Source of the DNA: an uncultured bacterium
GTDB taxonomy: Bacteria > Patescibacteriota > Minisyncoccia > UBA6257 > 2-01-FULL-56-20
Length of the DNA stretch: 64,000 bases
Reading direction: 5' to 3'
NCBI GenBank assembly: GCA_963707865.1
Contig: OY970175.1
Location: 144,748 to 208,747, forward strand
Under the pieces are notes generated by a model. It did not search any database and was not told the DNA's origin. It saw only the letters and a list, made by a program, of their open reading frames with translations. This document shows, piece after piece, positions 36,686-45,884 of the stretch (position 1 is the first letter of the stretch; every line of letters starts with the position of its first letter). The translations under genes were made by a program, and so were the position numbers.

Positions 36686-36686
36686 G

Positions 36687-36716
36687 TTGAAACACTTTTT
36701 GTTAGGTGCTATTATC
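36687..36716 (+). promoter_or_regulatory. Promoter for tRNA-Ala: -35 TTGAAA, extended -10 TGCTATTAT
   Basis: 17-nt spacer. The motif GTGCTATTATCCTCT recurs at 52961-52975 upstream of the mreB-operon ORF. Confidence 0.5.
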
Positions 36717-36733
36717 CTCTGAAGAGAAACACA

Positions 36734-36804
36734 GGGCCCATAGTAAAGTGGCATTACGCCGCATTCGCATTGCGGAGGCGGGAGTCCGATTCTCCCTGGG
36801 TCCA
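36734..36804 (+). tRNA. tRNA-Ala (anticodon CGC)
   Basis: GGGCCCA-TA-GTAA-AGTGGCA-TTAC-G-CCGCA-TTCGCAT-TGCGG-AGGCG-GGGAG-TCCGATT-CTCCC-TGGGTCC-A. The G3-U70 Ala identity pair is present. No CCA. Confidence 0.8.
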
Positions 36805-37056
36805 CATGCAGAGCATTTGGAATTTTCTGAGATACATCACGAACAATGAGGAGAGGTCGCGGCACGAGGAGATCTTTGACGCGATCTTTTGGGTGATTGA
36901 AACACTGGCGCTTATTTTTGGCACATGGATCCTTATTGCGCTGCGCGACCCGCAGTGGATAGCTTTTTTGTTCATTGAATATTGCTGGGCGATGGACAAC
37001 TTGCGGCATAACCGGCCGTAGCCTGCCGGGAATTTTCTGGTATACTATAAGTCCTA

Positions 37057-37748
37057 TGGATAAAATTACACTTTGGTTCATTGTGGGGTTTGTGGTGCTT
37101 GCGGTCACGGTCGTGATTGTGGCGGGCGTGATGTCGGGTGGATTTTCCACGGCGGTAAACAGTACGACGACGCCCGCGGGGTTCGTGGCGACGACAGTGC
37201 CCGCGATCGCTTCCGTGGATTGGACGCGCGGCAATCCGAAGGCAAGCGTGACCGTAGTTGAATATGCCGACTATGAATGCCCGGCGTGCGCCACATGGGC
37301 GCCGATCATGAGCCAGCTTGTGCAGAATTTCAGCAGCACGGTCCTTTTCGCGTTCAGGAATTTCCCGTTGTATTCCATTCACCCCGATGCGCAAATTTCC
37401 GCGCAGGCGGCGGAAGCGGCGGGACTTCAGGGAAAGTATTGGGAGATGCACGACTTGCTATATCAAAAGCAAAACGAGTGGGTGACCGCGTCGCTGGACA
37501 CGGTCGTGAGTCAATATTTTGACGGCTATGCTGCCTCACTCGGTTTGGACGTGAACAAATTTAACCAAGACATTCGTTCAAGCACGGTGACCGCGAAGAT
37601 TGCTGTCGACGTGGCGAGTGGGAATGCCGCTTCTGTTGGTCACACGCCGACCTTTTTCCTTAACCTCGAACAGATTCCGAATCCGAACAGCTACGATGAT
37701 TTCAAAGCAGTGCTTGACCGAGCCTTGGCGTCATCCACAGCCGGCTAG
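37057..37748 (+). CDS. DsbA-family thiol:disulfide oxidoreductase (thioredoxin fold), membrane-anchored
   Basis: N-terminal TM anchor, CPAC active site (EYADYECPACATW), and a length typical of BdbD/DsbA. Confidence 0.75.
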
Positions 37749-37813
37749 GCTGAATCGGTTATAATAATAAGGTACCTAAAGGTCGACAGTTTTGGGGGAT
37801 TTGTCATGAAATA

Positions 37814-38497
37814 ATGATAATACAGAGTTGGACGGAATTTGTGGTGGCGTCGCTCCAGAGCGTATGGCTCCAGTTCGCGAGTTTTGTGCCGAATCTGATA
37901 GGAGCAATCATCGTTCTTATCCTCGGCCTTATCGTTGCTGCAGCGCTCGCAACGCTCGTGGAGAAGATCTTTGAAGCGCTTCGCCTGGACACGTTTCTTG
38001 AAAAGCTTGGTCTGAAGCCCTATTTTGAACGTGCCGGCCTGCGCCTTCGGGGATCGTATTTCCTCGGCCGCTTGGTCTACTGGTTCATTGTGATCGCGTT
38101 TCTGCTTGCGGTGTGCGGCAGCCTGGGGCTCTATGCACTCTCAAACTTCTTGGGCGCGGTGCTCACGTATATTCCGAACGTGATCGCGGCAGTGCTCATC
38201 ATGCTCGCAGCGGTGATCGTGGGGCATTTCATGCGGCGGGTCGTGATGGCGTCGGTTTTGAGTGCGAAGCTCCACGCGGCGCATTTCTTGGGGACGCTCA
38301 CGTGGTGGGCAATCGTGGTTTTCGGATTCCTTGCTGCGCTTTCGCAGCTCGAGATTGCCGTGTCTATCATCCAGAGTATCGTGACGGGATTTATCGCGAT
38401 GCTTGCCCTGGCCGGCGGTTTGGCCTTCGGCCTCGGCGGGAGGGAATACGCGGCATACCTTTTAGGAAAGTTGCGCGATCGCACGGAAGCGCGATAG
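37814..38497 (+). CDS. Membrane protein with repeated conserved TM-helix units (MscS-associated TM_helix-like repeats)
   Basis: Three similar ~60-aa units, each with an amphipathic segment followed by a TM helix (LxxFxPNLIGAIIVLILGLIVA...). 227 aa. Confidence 0.5.
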   Translation: MIIQSWTEFVVASLQSVWLQFASFVPNLIGAIIVLILGLIVAAALATLVEKIFEALRLDTFLEKLGLKPYFERAGLRLRGSYFLGRLVYWFIVIAFLLAVCGSLGLYALSNFLGAVLTYIPNVIAAVLIMLAAVIVGHFMRRVVMASVLSAKLHAAHFLGTLTWWAIVVFGFLAALSQLEIAVSIIQSIVTGFIAMLALAGGLAFGLGGREYAAYLLGKLRDRTEAR

Positions 38498-38570
38498 ATC
38501 GCCTTCTTGCATTAAAGGATTCTAAAGCCCCGCTTGACGCGGGGTTTTGGATTTTGCTACACTGTTCCCT

Positions 38571-38927
38571 ATGTTGGCGATCAAGTTACAGCGTATTGGC
38601 AAGAAGCATCATCCCAGCTATCGGTTGGTTGTTGCCGAGAAGCGATCCAAAATGGCAGCGCCGCCCGTGGAAGACTTAGGTTCGTACAATCCGCTTACAA
38701 AGGTGGCGGCATTGAGCAAAGAGCGTGTTGCGCATTGGATGAAAATGGGCGCGCAGCCGACGCTTACGGTGCATAATTTGCTTGTGGTGCACGGGGTGCT
38801 TTCCCTTCCGAAGAAGATGGTGAAGATGAGAAAGAAAGCAAAAGCGGGGGAAGGGGCGGCAGTCGGTGCTGCGGCAACTTCTGCAGACAAAGAGAAAACG
38901 GCTGAAACCGCTGCGGCGGCACAATAG
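38571..38927 (+). CDS. rpsP: 30S ribosomal protein S16
   Basis: MLAIKLQRIGKKHHPSYRLVVAEKRSK matches the S16 N-terminus. C-terminal Ala/Lys-rich tail. The ORF-track start at 38547 is upstream. Confidence 0.85.
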   Translation: MLAIKLQRIGKKHHPSYRLVVAEKRSKMAAPPVEDLGSYNPLTKVAALSKERVAHWMKMGAQPTLTVHNLLVVHGVLSLPKKMVKMRKKAKAGEGAAVGAAATSADKEKTAETAAAAQ

Positions 38928-38957
38928 CGAAAGGTCGAAAGCACAAACAGAAGTTCA

Positions 38958-39287
38958 ATGGCGAATTCATCTACTGCAGATCAGGAATTCCTTGAGTATC
39001 TGGTGAAGTCTCTCGTGGACCATCCCGAGGACGTGAAGGTTGACCGAAAGGTTGACGAGATGGGCGTTTTGCTCTCTCTTCGCGTGAACGCGATGGACAT
39101 GGGCCAAGTGGTCGGCCGGCAAGGCGCGACCGCAAAGGCCATCCGCTCGCTTTTGAGGATCGTGGGCGTCAAAAACAACGCCCGCGTGAATCTGAAGATC
39201 GAAGAGCCGGAAGGCAGCACGCGGCCCCCGAGGACCGAACGGCCGAGAAGCGAAGGAAGACCGGAAGGACAGCGCGACGGGTACTAA
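38958..39287 (+). CDS. KH-domain RNA-binding protein (YlqC/UPF0109 type)
   Basis: VGRQGATAKAIRSLL GxxG KH motif, in the conserved position after rpsP. Confidence 0.75.
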   Translation: MANSSTADQEFLEYLVKSLVDHPEDVKVDRKVDEMGVLLSLRVNAMDMGQVVGRQGATAKAIRSLLRIVGVKNNARVNLKIEEPEGSTRPPRTERPRSEGRPEGQRDGY

Positions 39288-39359
39288 ACTAGTTTACTTT
39301 CGCACAAAAGCCGCCAGGAATTGCATCCCGGCGGTTTTTGGTTTATAATCCTATCCGAC

Positions 39360-39923
39360 ATGGCACTTGCCTACACGGATCTCACCAAGGGGATTCTTTT
39401 TATTATGGACGGGGCGCCGTACGAGGTGCTTGAGTCCCATTTTTTGCGCATGCAGCAGCGGAAGGCCGTGGTGCAGACGCGCATCAAGAACCTGATCACG
39501 GGCAAGCTTTTGGACCGTAACTTCCAGGCGAGTGACACCTTTGAGGAAGCGGAGATCGAAAAGAAAAATGCGATATTCATCTATGCAAGCAAAGGCGAGT
39601 ATTGGTTTCACGAAGGGGGGAATCCGAAGAACCGCTTCGCGCTTTCAAGCGAGCTTTTGGGGGACCGGGGGCGATTCTTGAAACCGAACACGAAGGTGAC
39701 GACCGTGGTGTTTGACGAAAAAGTGATTACCCTTGACCTGCCGGTAAAAATGGACTTTAAGGTAATTGAGGCGCCGCCGTCCATCAAGGGCAACACCGCG
39801 CAGGGCGGTACAAAGTCCGTGGTCATAGAAGGAGGAGCGAGTGTTAATGTGCCGCTCTTTATCAACGAAGGCGATTTGATTCGAATTAATACCGAAACAG
39901 GCGATTACGTGGAGCGGGTGTAG
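39360..39923 (+). CDS. efp: Elongation factor P
   Basis: MALAYTDLTKGILFIMDGAPYEVLESHFLRMQQRKAVVQTRIKNLITGK matches the EF-P domain I. 187 aa. Confidence 0.9.
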   Translation: MALAYTDLTKGILFIMDGAPYEVLESHFLRMQQRKAVVQTRIKNLITGKLLDRNFQASDTFEEAEIEKKNAIFIYASKGEYWFHEGGNPKNRFALSSELLGDRGRFLKPNTKVTTVVFDEKVITLDLPVKMDFKVIEAPPSIKGNTAQGGTKSVVIEGGASVNVPLFINEGDLIRINTETGDYVERV

Positions 39924-40525
39924 TGAGAACTCTGAGCTGCCGCGCGCTTCTCCTTTCTCCAGAGAACGAGATACACCACAATAAGAGCAGAATAGTTCGC
40001 GATTATGAACCATGGTGCGGCCCACGAGAAGCCATAGAGAAATCTCCAGTGGGAGATAGGCCACAAGAGCGGCGCGGGAAAGAATTGCGCCGAGTGGGTG
40101 GGGATATCTATAATGATGTGCAAGAGCCAACCGCCGAGCTCCCAAATGGGCCGCCGGAAGATGAGCCACACAAGGAGAAATATCATCCCGAAAACAATCA
40201 AGCTGTGACTCACGTCGTAGAGATTATAGGCGAGTTGGAGGATGGGGATCTGCGTTGCAAGTGTTCCCGCGGGAGTGCTTTGGGGATGGGGGATTTGTCC
40301 AGGGGACATATTGCCCGAGAGCACGCCGAACGCAATCACAAAGAACGGGATCGTGAATGCAAAAAGATCGGGGAAAATCCCCCAGAAGGTCGTGTGCCAG
40401 ATGTTCAATGGCCGACGGATCAAGCGGGGGTGCTCGGCTTCCGGCTTTTTCCCGAGCTTCAAGTTTACGGCGCGCGCTGCGGCGGCCGTCCAGAGTCCGT
40501 GCGCGAGAATATCCATACGCTTCAT
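39905..40525 (-). CDS. Hypothetical polytopic membrane protein
   Basis: 206-aa ORF with 5-6 hydrophobic helices and several conserved His residues. Overlaps the efp 3' end by 19 nt on the opposite strand. Confidence 0.5.
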   Translation of the reverse strand: MKRMDILAHGLWTAAAARAVNLKLGKKPEAEHPRLIRRPLNIWHTTFWGIFPDLFAFTIPFFVIAFGVLSGNMSPGQIPHPQSTPAGTLATQIPILQLAYNLYDVSHSLIVFGMIFLLVWLIFRRPIWELGGWLLHIIIDIPTHSAQFFPAPLLWPISHWRFLYGFSWAAPWFIIANYSALIVVYLVLWRKEKRAAAQSSHYTRST

Positions 40526-40551
40526 TATATGCTATCCTTTCGGCTAAAATT

Positions 40552-41670
40552 ATGAAGATGGAGAAAAAGACCGTTTTTGTCGCCATGTCAGGCGGGGTGG
40601 ATAGCTCCGTTGCGACAATGCTTTTGCGGGATGAGGGCCACGATGTGGTCGGAGTTTTTATGCGTTGTTACAACCTGGACGGTTGCGCCGAGCGGGATGC
40701 AGAGGATGCGCGCCGCGTGGCGGAGCATTTAGGGATCCCGTTCTATGTCTGGGATTTTGAAGAAGAATACAAGCGGCGCGTGGTGGATTACATGATAGAG
40801 GGCTACCGCGCGGGGGTGACGCCCAATCCGGACGTGATGTGCAACCGCGAGATCAAATTCGGAATATTTTTGGAAAAGGCGCTTGCCGCGGGGGCGGATT
40901 ACGTGGCGACCGGGCATTACGTCCGGCGCAGCGAAAAGGAAACTCCTTCGGGTGGAAAGAGTTTTCCGCTTTTTATTGCGAAAGACGAGAACAAAGATCA
41001 GTCCTATTTTCTTTGGACGCTCACCAAGGAGCGGATCGCGCACTGCCTTTTTCCGATCGGCGATTATTTGAAGCCCACGGTGCGCGCGATGGCCCGTGAA
41101 GCAGGATTGCCCACGGCCGCGAAGAAAGATTCACAAGGGATCTGTTTTTTAGGGAATATTTCACTCGCGGATTTTTTGAAGCGATACATCCCCGAACGGC
41201 GCGGGGCGCTCGTTACGGTGGCGGGCGAAAAAATAGGGGAGCACGCGGGTGCAGCATTCTATACAATCGGGGAACGGCACCTGAACGCCAATTTTAAATT
41301 TCCGAAGACCGGCACTGCAAAAGAGCGCAAGCCGTTTTATGTCGTTACAAAAAATATTGCGGAGAACACAGTCACGGTCGCAGAAGGAAACGAAAATCAG
41401 GCCCTTTATAGGAAGGAGATTAAACTCGTGAATCTGAATTTTATCTGCGGAGAAGGAATAGCGGAAGTCCCGCCAGGCGCCCCGGTGCGGGTTTTTGCGC
41501 GCGTTCGCTACCGGCAGCCGCTCGCGGCAGCAAAATTGTCAAAAGCGGGAGGCGATGGTTACCTGTTGGAATTCGCAAAACCCCAAAAGTTTGTGGCGCC
41601 GGGTCAGTCCGCGGTTTGGTATTCCAAAGAGGGCGAAATGCGCGGCGGCGGAATTATTGACGTTAGCTAA
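40552..41670 (+). CDS. mnmA: tRNA-specific 2-thiouridylase MnmA
   Basis: PP-loop VFVAMSGGVDSSVAT, catalytic Cys region, C-terminal beta barrel. Start at MKMEKK. Confidence 0.9.
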   Translation: MKMEKKTVFVAMSGGVDSSVATMLLRDEGHDVVGVFMRCYNLDGCAERDAEDARRVAEHLGIPFYVWDFEEEYKRRVVDYMIEGYRAGVTPNPDVMCNREIKFGIFLEKALAAGADYVATGHYVRRSEKETPSGGKSFPLFIAKDENKDQSYFLWTLTKERIAHCLFPIGDYLKPTVRAMAREAGLPTAAKKDSQGICFLGNISLADFLKRYIPERRGALVTVAGEKIGEHAGAAFYTIGERHLNANFKFPKTGTAKERKPFYVVTKNIAENTVTVAEGNENQALYRKEIKLVNLNFICGEGIAEVPPGAPVRVFARVRYRQPLAAAKLSKAGGDGYLLEFAKPQKFVAPGQSAVWYSKEGEMRGGGIIDVS

Positions 41671-41735
41671 TTTTTATGTTACACTGTTTTCGTTTCTAAG
41701 AGGTACAACGCACATTTACAAAGGAGGAATGGAAC

Positions 41736-42614
41736 GTGCATCGCAAAACCTTGCTTGGATTGTTGGGCATCGTGGGGATATGGCTTACGGCTGGGTTTGC
41801 CCTGCCGTTCGTCAACGTCCTCCGAATGTTCACTCCTGAACAGCTTATGGTGTTCCGGGGATTTCTCACGGCCCTCATGGCGTTCATAGGACTTCGCGGA
41901 TCCGTAGGCCGCGTTGATCGGTACACCTACTTGATCGCTCTGACGCTTCCCTTCGCCACCCTCGGATTGTTTGAGGGCATCCGGCATTGGGGCGCGGGAC
42001 CGACGATTATTATCATTACGGCCACGCCCATTGTGAATTTCTTCATCGCGTATTTTATCGGGAAGAGAATTCCCCGGGCTTCAGTCATCGGACTGGTGCT
42101 CATGCTTGGAGGGGTGGTCATGGCACGATGGAGTGGACATTTCCAGTTTGCTGGGTTCGCATGGACTGTTTTCGGCACTATCATGAACGGGATCCTCTAT
42201 GAGTTATTCGCTCGTGCCTTGCCTGCCTTGGAAGAAGATTCGCCGCGAGAGAAGTTGAGAAAAAAACTGGCGAAGTGCTTCTGGGCATGTTTCGGAATGG
42301 GCGTCCTGGGATTGATCTTGAGTCTACGCGCCTCGTGGGGCGAGATCGCCCAACCGAAGCTCATTGCTCTCGTTGTGGGATTCGCTTTCGTCGGCGGCTT
42401 TCTCTATTGGATCGCGAATTTCATCGCGTTTGAGAACCTGTCGACCACCGAGGCGAGCGTGTTGGCGCAAGGGGAGACGCCTGCCGTAATCATCGGCGCA
42501 GCCCTCATGCTTCGTGAACGCCTTGGATTAGTGCAATGGATCGGTGTGGTGATCGCTCTCTATGGGGCGTGGCAGCTCACCCGCTATATCCAGAGGAGCT
42601 CACGGTCAACGTGA
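41736..42614 (+). CDS. EamA/DMT-family transporter
   Basis: Ten predicted TM helices in two 5-helix halves. GTG start preceded by AAAGGAGG. Confidence 0.75.
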   Translation: MHRKTLLGLLGIVGIWLTAGFALPFVNVLRMFTPEQLMVFRGFLTALMAFIGLRGSVGRVDRYTYLIALTLPFATLGLFEGIRHWGAGPTIIIITATPIVNFFIAYFIGKRIPRASVIGLVLMLGGVVMARWSGHFQFAGFAWTVFGTIMNGILYELFARALPALEEDSPREKLRKKLAKCFWACFGMGVLGLILSLRASWGEIAQPKLIALVVGFAFVGGFLYWIANFIAFENLSTTEASVLAQGETPAVIIGAALMLRERLGLVQWIGVVIALYGAWQLTRYIQRSSRST

Positions 42615-42633
42615 TCGATTACTATTGTAGTAT

Positions 42634-42662
42634 GCCCCCTCGCTTTTTGAGGGGGCTTTTTT
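42634..42662 (+). terminator. Rho-independent terminator
   Basis: GCCCCCTC-loop-GAGGGGGC stem followed by TTTTTT. Confidence 0.7.
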
Positions 42663-42693
42663 GCCCATTGTAACGTTGCGTTCCTTTGGCCAT

Positions 42694-42721
42694 TTGACAT
42701 TATACCCCGCTCGGCTATAAT
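42694..42721 (+). promoter_or_regulatory. rRNA promoter: -35 TTGACA, 16-nt spacer, -10 TATAAT
   Basis: ttgacattataccccgctcggctataat. The same CGGCTATAATAG -10 context recurs at 63745-63755. Confidence 0.6.
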
Positions 42722-43113
42722 AGAACCCGTGCGGAAATGACCGCTGTTTTACAACTGAATAGCAGTAGAGAGTTTTTTAGTTGTCCCAATTTATTCTTTT
42801 TTGGCAACGTTTTTGAGTGATCAAACAATGTTGCGTGGAATTCGTTCGAACCCCTCTATAGAGGGTTTGAATGAAAATTCAAATTCTTTTTAAAGAGGAT
42901 TTGATCCTGGTCCAGGATGAACGCTGGCGGCGTGGATAAGGCATGCAAGTCGAGCGCTTTATTTTTTGAAATTGTTTGCGATTACATCAAGAGCAGTGGA
43001 TGTTAATAAGGAGCGGCGAACGAGTTAGTAACACCTTGGTACGTACCTCAAAGACGGGCACAGCTCGCCGAAAGGCGGGGTAATTCCCGATATTGTCGCA
43101 AGACGAAAGTCGG

Positions 43114-43374
43114 TCCTCTCATTCAGATACTGTTTCGCTTTGGCGTAGCGAATTCTAACCAGATTCGCGACGCGAGGAGCGAAGTGTGCTGCATGTACAC
43201 GAGCGACGAGTAACAAAGAAGCTGGTTAGAATTCGCTACGCCCGAAGGGAAGCTAGCGAATAGCCGATTTCTTTGTCGCTCCTCCTCGAAGTGCACGTGC
43301 ACATCTTCGTCGTCGCTTCGCGAACTCGGCTATTCGCTAGCTTCCAAAGCTGAAACAGTATCTGAGTGAGAGGA
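43114..43374 (+). repeat. 261-nt highly self-complementary expansion segment inside the 16S V2 region
   Basis: Outer stem TCCTCTCATTCAGATACTGTTTC (43114-43136) pairs with GAAACAGTATCTGAGTGAGAGGA (43352-43374). Inner arms include the 19-bp pair CGTAGCGAATTCTAACCAG / CTGGTTAGAATTCGCTACG and the 20-bp pair GGAAGCTAGCGAATAGCCGA / TCGGCTATTCGCTAGCTTCC. No ORF. Confidence 0.6.
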
Positions 43375-44202
43375 CAGACGCTTTGAGATCGGCCTAGGCC
43401 CGATCAGCTAGTTGGTAAGGTAACGGCTTACCAAGGCTATGACCGGTAGGGGAGGTGAGAGCCTGACCCCCAACGACGAGACTGAGACACGGCTCGTACT
43501 CCTACGGGAGGCAGCAGTCAAGAACATTCGACAATGGGCGCAAGCCTGATCGAGCGACACCGCGTGCAGGATGAAGGCCTTCGGGTTGTAAACTGCGGTA
43601 ATATAGTAACAATGCAAATGAGTGCTATATGGAAAGAGGTGGGTAACTACGTGCCAGCACCAGCGGTAAAACGTAGACCTCGAGCGTTATCCGGATTTAT
43701 TGGGCGTAAAGAGCATGTAGGAGGTTTTGCGCGTCTTCTGTTAAAGCCCGGGGCCTAACCCCGGAAGTGCAGGAGATACGGCAGAACTAGAGGAGGTTAG
43801 AGGTGCATGGAACGCACGGTGTAGGGGTGAAATCCGTTGATATCGTGCGGAACACCAAAGGCGAAGGCAGTGCACTGGGACCTTCCTGACTCTGAGATGC
43901 GAAAGCGTGGGGAGCAAAAAGGATTAGATACCCTTGTAGTCCACGCCCTAAACGATGCCTGCTTGGTGTTTCGAGTATCGACCCTCGGAGTGCCGTAGCT
44001 AACGCGTTAAGCAGGCCGCCTGGGAAGTACGAGCGCAAGCTTAAAACTCAAAGGAATAGACGGGGACTCGCACAAGCGGTGGAACATGAGGTTTAATTCG
44101 ACAATAAGCGAGGAACCTTACCAGGGCTTGAAATTCTTGCTGACAGGTGTCCGAAAGGATGCCCTTCTCACAAGGACAGCAAGGACAGGTGTTGCATGGT
44201 TG

Positions 44203-44499
44203 ATTGAATCGACTCCTCTAGGGTCTAGAGGTAACACCCTTCAGTTCGTTCATGTTATGGACTGAAGAAAACTGGCTCATAACGGTGAAGTCCTATTTAA
44301 CAAAGAGTTAATCTTTGAAGAGTAGGATAATACCGTGGGAAGTGTGAACACTGAAATCAGCGTTCGCACCCCGTAGAGACTTTTTCCAAAAGGAAAAGAC
44401 GATAGCTTTTTAGTTGTCGTGAAACGCCAGCCCCAGCGTAATTTAAAAAATTACGGTTGGGTGAAGGTATAGTCCGTACCATTAGTAATAATGGAGTTA
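44203..44499 (+). other. ~297-nt insertion in the 16S between GCATGGTTG and TCGTCAGCTCGT (E. coli position ~1057); intron or expansion segment, no ORF
   Basis: The conserved flanks are contiguous in standard 16S sequences, and here they are separated by ~300 nt of non-rRNA-like sequence. A further ~50-nt extension lies at 44596-44655 in the helix-41 region. Confidence 0.5.
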
Positions 44500-45094
44500 T
44501 ATGGTCGTCAGCTCGTAGTTTGAACCGTTCCCTTAAGTGGGGTAACGAGCGCAACCCCTATCGAGTGTTACAAGTGTCACTCGGAACTGCCCAGCCCTGA
44601 GATGGAGAAAAAATTTCTTAGGTCAATTAGAAATTATTTCGCCTTTTCCGGGCTGGGAGGAAGGAGGGGATGACGTCAAATCCGCATGGCCCTTTGATGC
44701 CCTGGGCTACACTCGTGTTACAATGGCAGCGACAATGGGTCGCCAACCCGCAAGGGGGAGCTAATCCCATCAAACGTTGCCTCAGTTCGGATTGAGGGCT
44801 GCAACCTGCCCTCATGAAGCCGGAATCGCTAGTAATCGCGAATCAGCCACGTCGCGGTGAATACGTTCTCGAGTCCTGTACTCACTGCCCGTCACTGCAA
44901 GGAAGCCGGGAATATCTGAAATCTCCTTTTGGGGATAAGGGTAAGCTCGGTGACATGGCAGAAGTCGTAACAAGGCACGCGTAGCGGAAGCTGTGCGTGG
45001 ATCAATTAAACTAAGTCGATAACGCGCGGTTGCGCGTTAAGGTTGGGGCAACTAAAAAGCTCTTTGTGAATGTGATATAATAAGTATTACGAGC

Positions 45095-45469
45095 ATGCCG
45101 CAGGGAAAGAAAGTTATGGTGATTGAGGACGACAAATTCTTGTCTTCCTTGATCAAGGCGCGCCTTGAAAAGGACGGTTATACGATCATCCAGGCGTTTG
45201 ACGGCGATGAGGCGATCCAGTCTTTACGGAAAGAAAGGCCAGATCTCATTACTCTTGACCTTGTCATGCCGCGTGTGACCGGGTTTGAGGTACTGCAGGC
45301 GATCGCCATCACGCCGGGACTTGAAAAAATCCCCATCGTGATTCTTTCCAACCTCGCACAAGATTCGGATGTGGAAAAAGCGCGGCAGCTGGGTGCACAG
45401 GAATATTTCGTGAAAGTGAAAATTTCCATTGACGATCTTATCGGAAAAATAGAATCGTTGGCGCATTAA
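45095..45469 (+). CDS. Single-domain response regulator (CheY-like receiver)
   Basis: KVMVIEDDKF...D(54)LVMP...KIPIVILS...K pattern. 124 aa. TATAAT at 45077-45082. Confidence 0.8.
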   Translation: MPQGKKVMVIEDDKFLSSLIKARLEKDGYTIIQAFDGDEAIQSLRKERPDLITLDLVMPRVTGFEVLQAIAITPGLEKIPIVILSNLAQDSDVEKARQLGAQEYFVKVKISIDDLIGKIESLAH

Positions 45470-45470
45470 T

Positions 45471-45773
45471 ATGATTACAGAAGATATTATGAAAAAAATA
45501 AAGTCCGGAGCCAAGGTCCGGGTGTATGAAGGCAAAACCCCTTTTGAGGGGCTTGTGATCGCGCGCAAACACGGCGTGGAGCCGGGAGCGACCTTCACGG
45601 TCCGCACGATCGTTGCCGGAGTGGGCGTGGAGAAAGTTTATCCGCTGCATTCGCCCTCCATACAGAAAATACAGATTGTTTCCGGCCCGAAGAAAGTGCG
45701 GCGTTCCAAATTGTATTTTGTCCGTGGCATCTCCGGCGCGCGCATCCGGGCAAAGCTCGACGTGTCGGTGTGA
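45471..45773 (+). CDS. rplS: 50S ribosomal protein L19
   Basis: FEGLVIARKHG...TFTVRTIVAGVGVEKVYPLHSPSIQKIQIV...VRRSKLYFVRG matches L19 blocks. Confidence 0.9.
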   Translation: MITEDIMKKIKSGAKVRVYEGKTPFEGLVIARKHGVEPGATFTVRTIVAGVGVEKVYPLHSPSIQKIQIVSGPKKVRRSKLYFVRGISGARIRAKLDVSV

Positions 45774-45884
45774 TACGCACCTAAAACTTGTTCGCTCCTG
45801 CGGGGACGAAGTCGCTCACAGGCTCCGCAGCACTTAGAGCTTCTTTTTAATATTTATTTAATGTCTGCGTGCTAGGATGAGATC

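Larger units (their letters stand above)
42890..45010 (+). rRNA. rrs: 16S ribosomal RNA, about 2.1 kb with internal expansions/insertions; unusual 3' end
   Basis: 5' end AGAGGATTTGATCCTGGTCCAGGATGAACGCTGGCGGCGTG. Internal landmarks ACTCCTACGGGAGGCAGCAG, GTGCCAGCACCAGCGGTAA, GGATTAGATACCC, TCGTCAGCTCGT, GGGATGACGTCAAAT. 3' helix 45 GAAGTCGTAACAAGGCACGCGTAGCGGAAGCTGTGCGTGGATCA. No CCTCCTT was found after GGATCA. Confidence 0.85.

Noticed and set aside
36770-37021. 83-aa ORF overlapping tRNA-Ala
   Set aside because: Its first 35 nt lie inside the tRNA. No RBS. Likely spurious.
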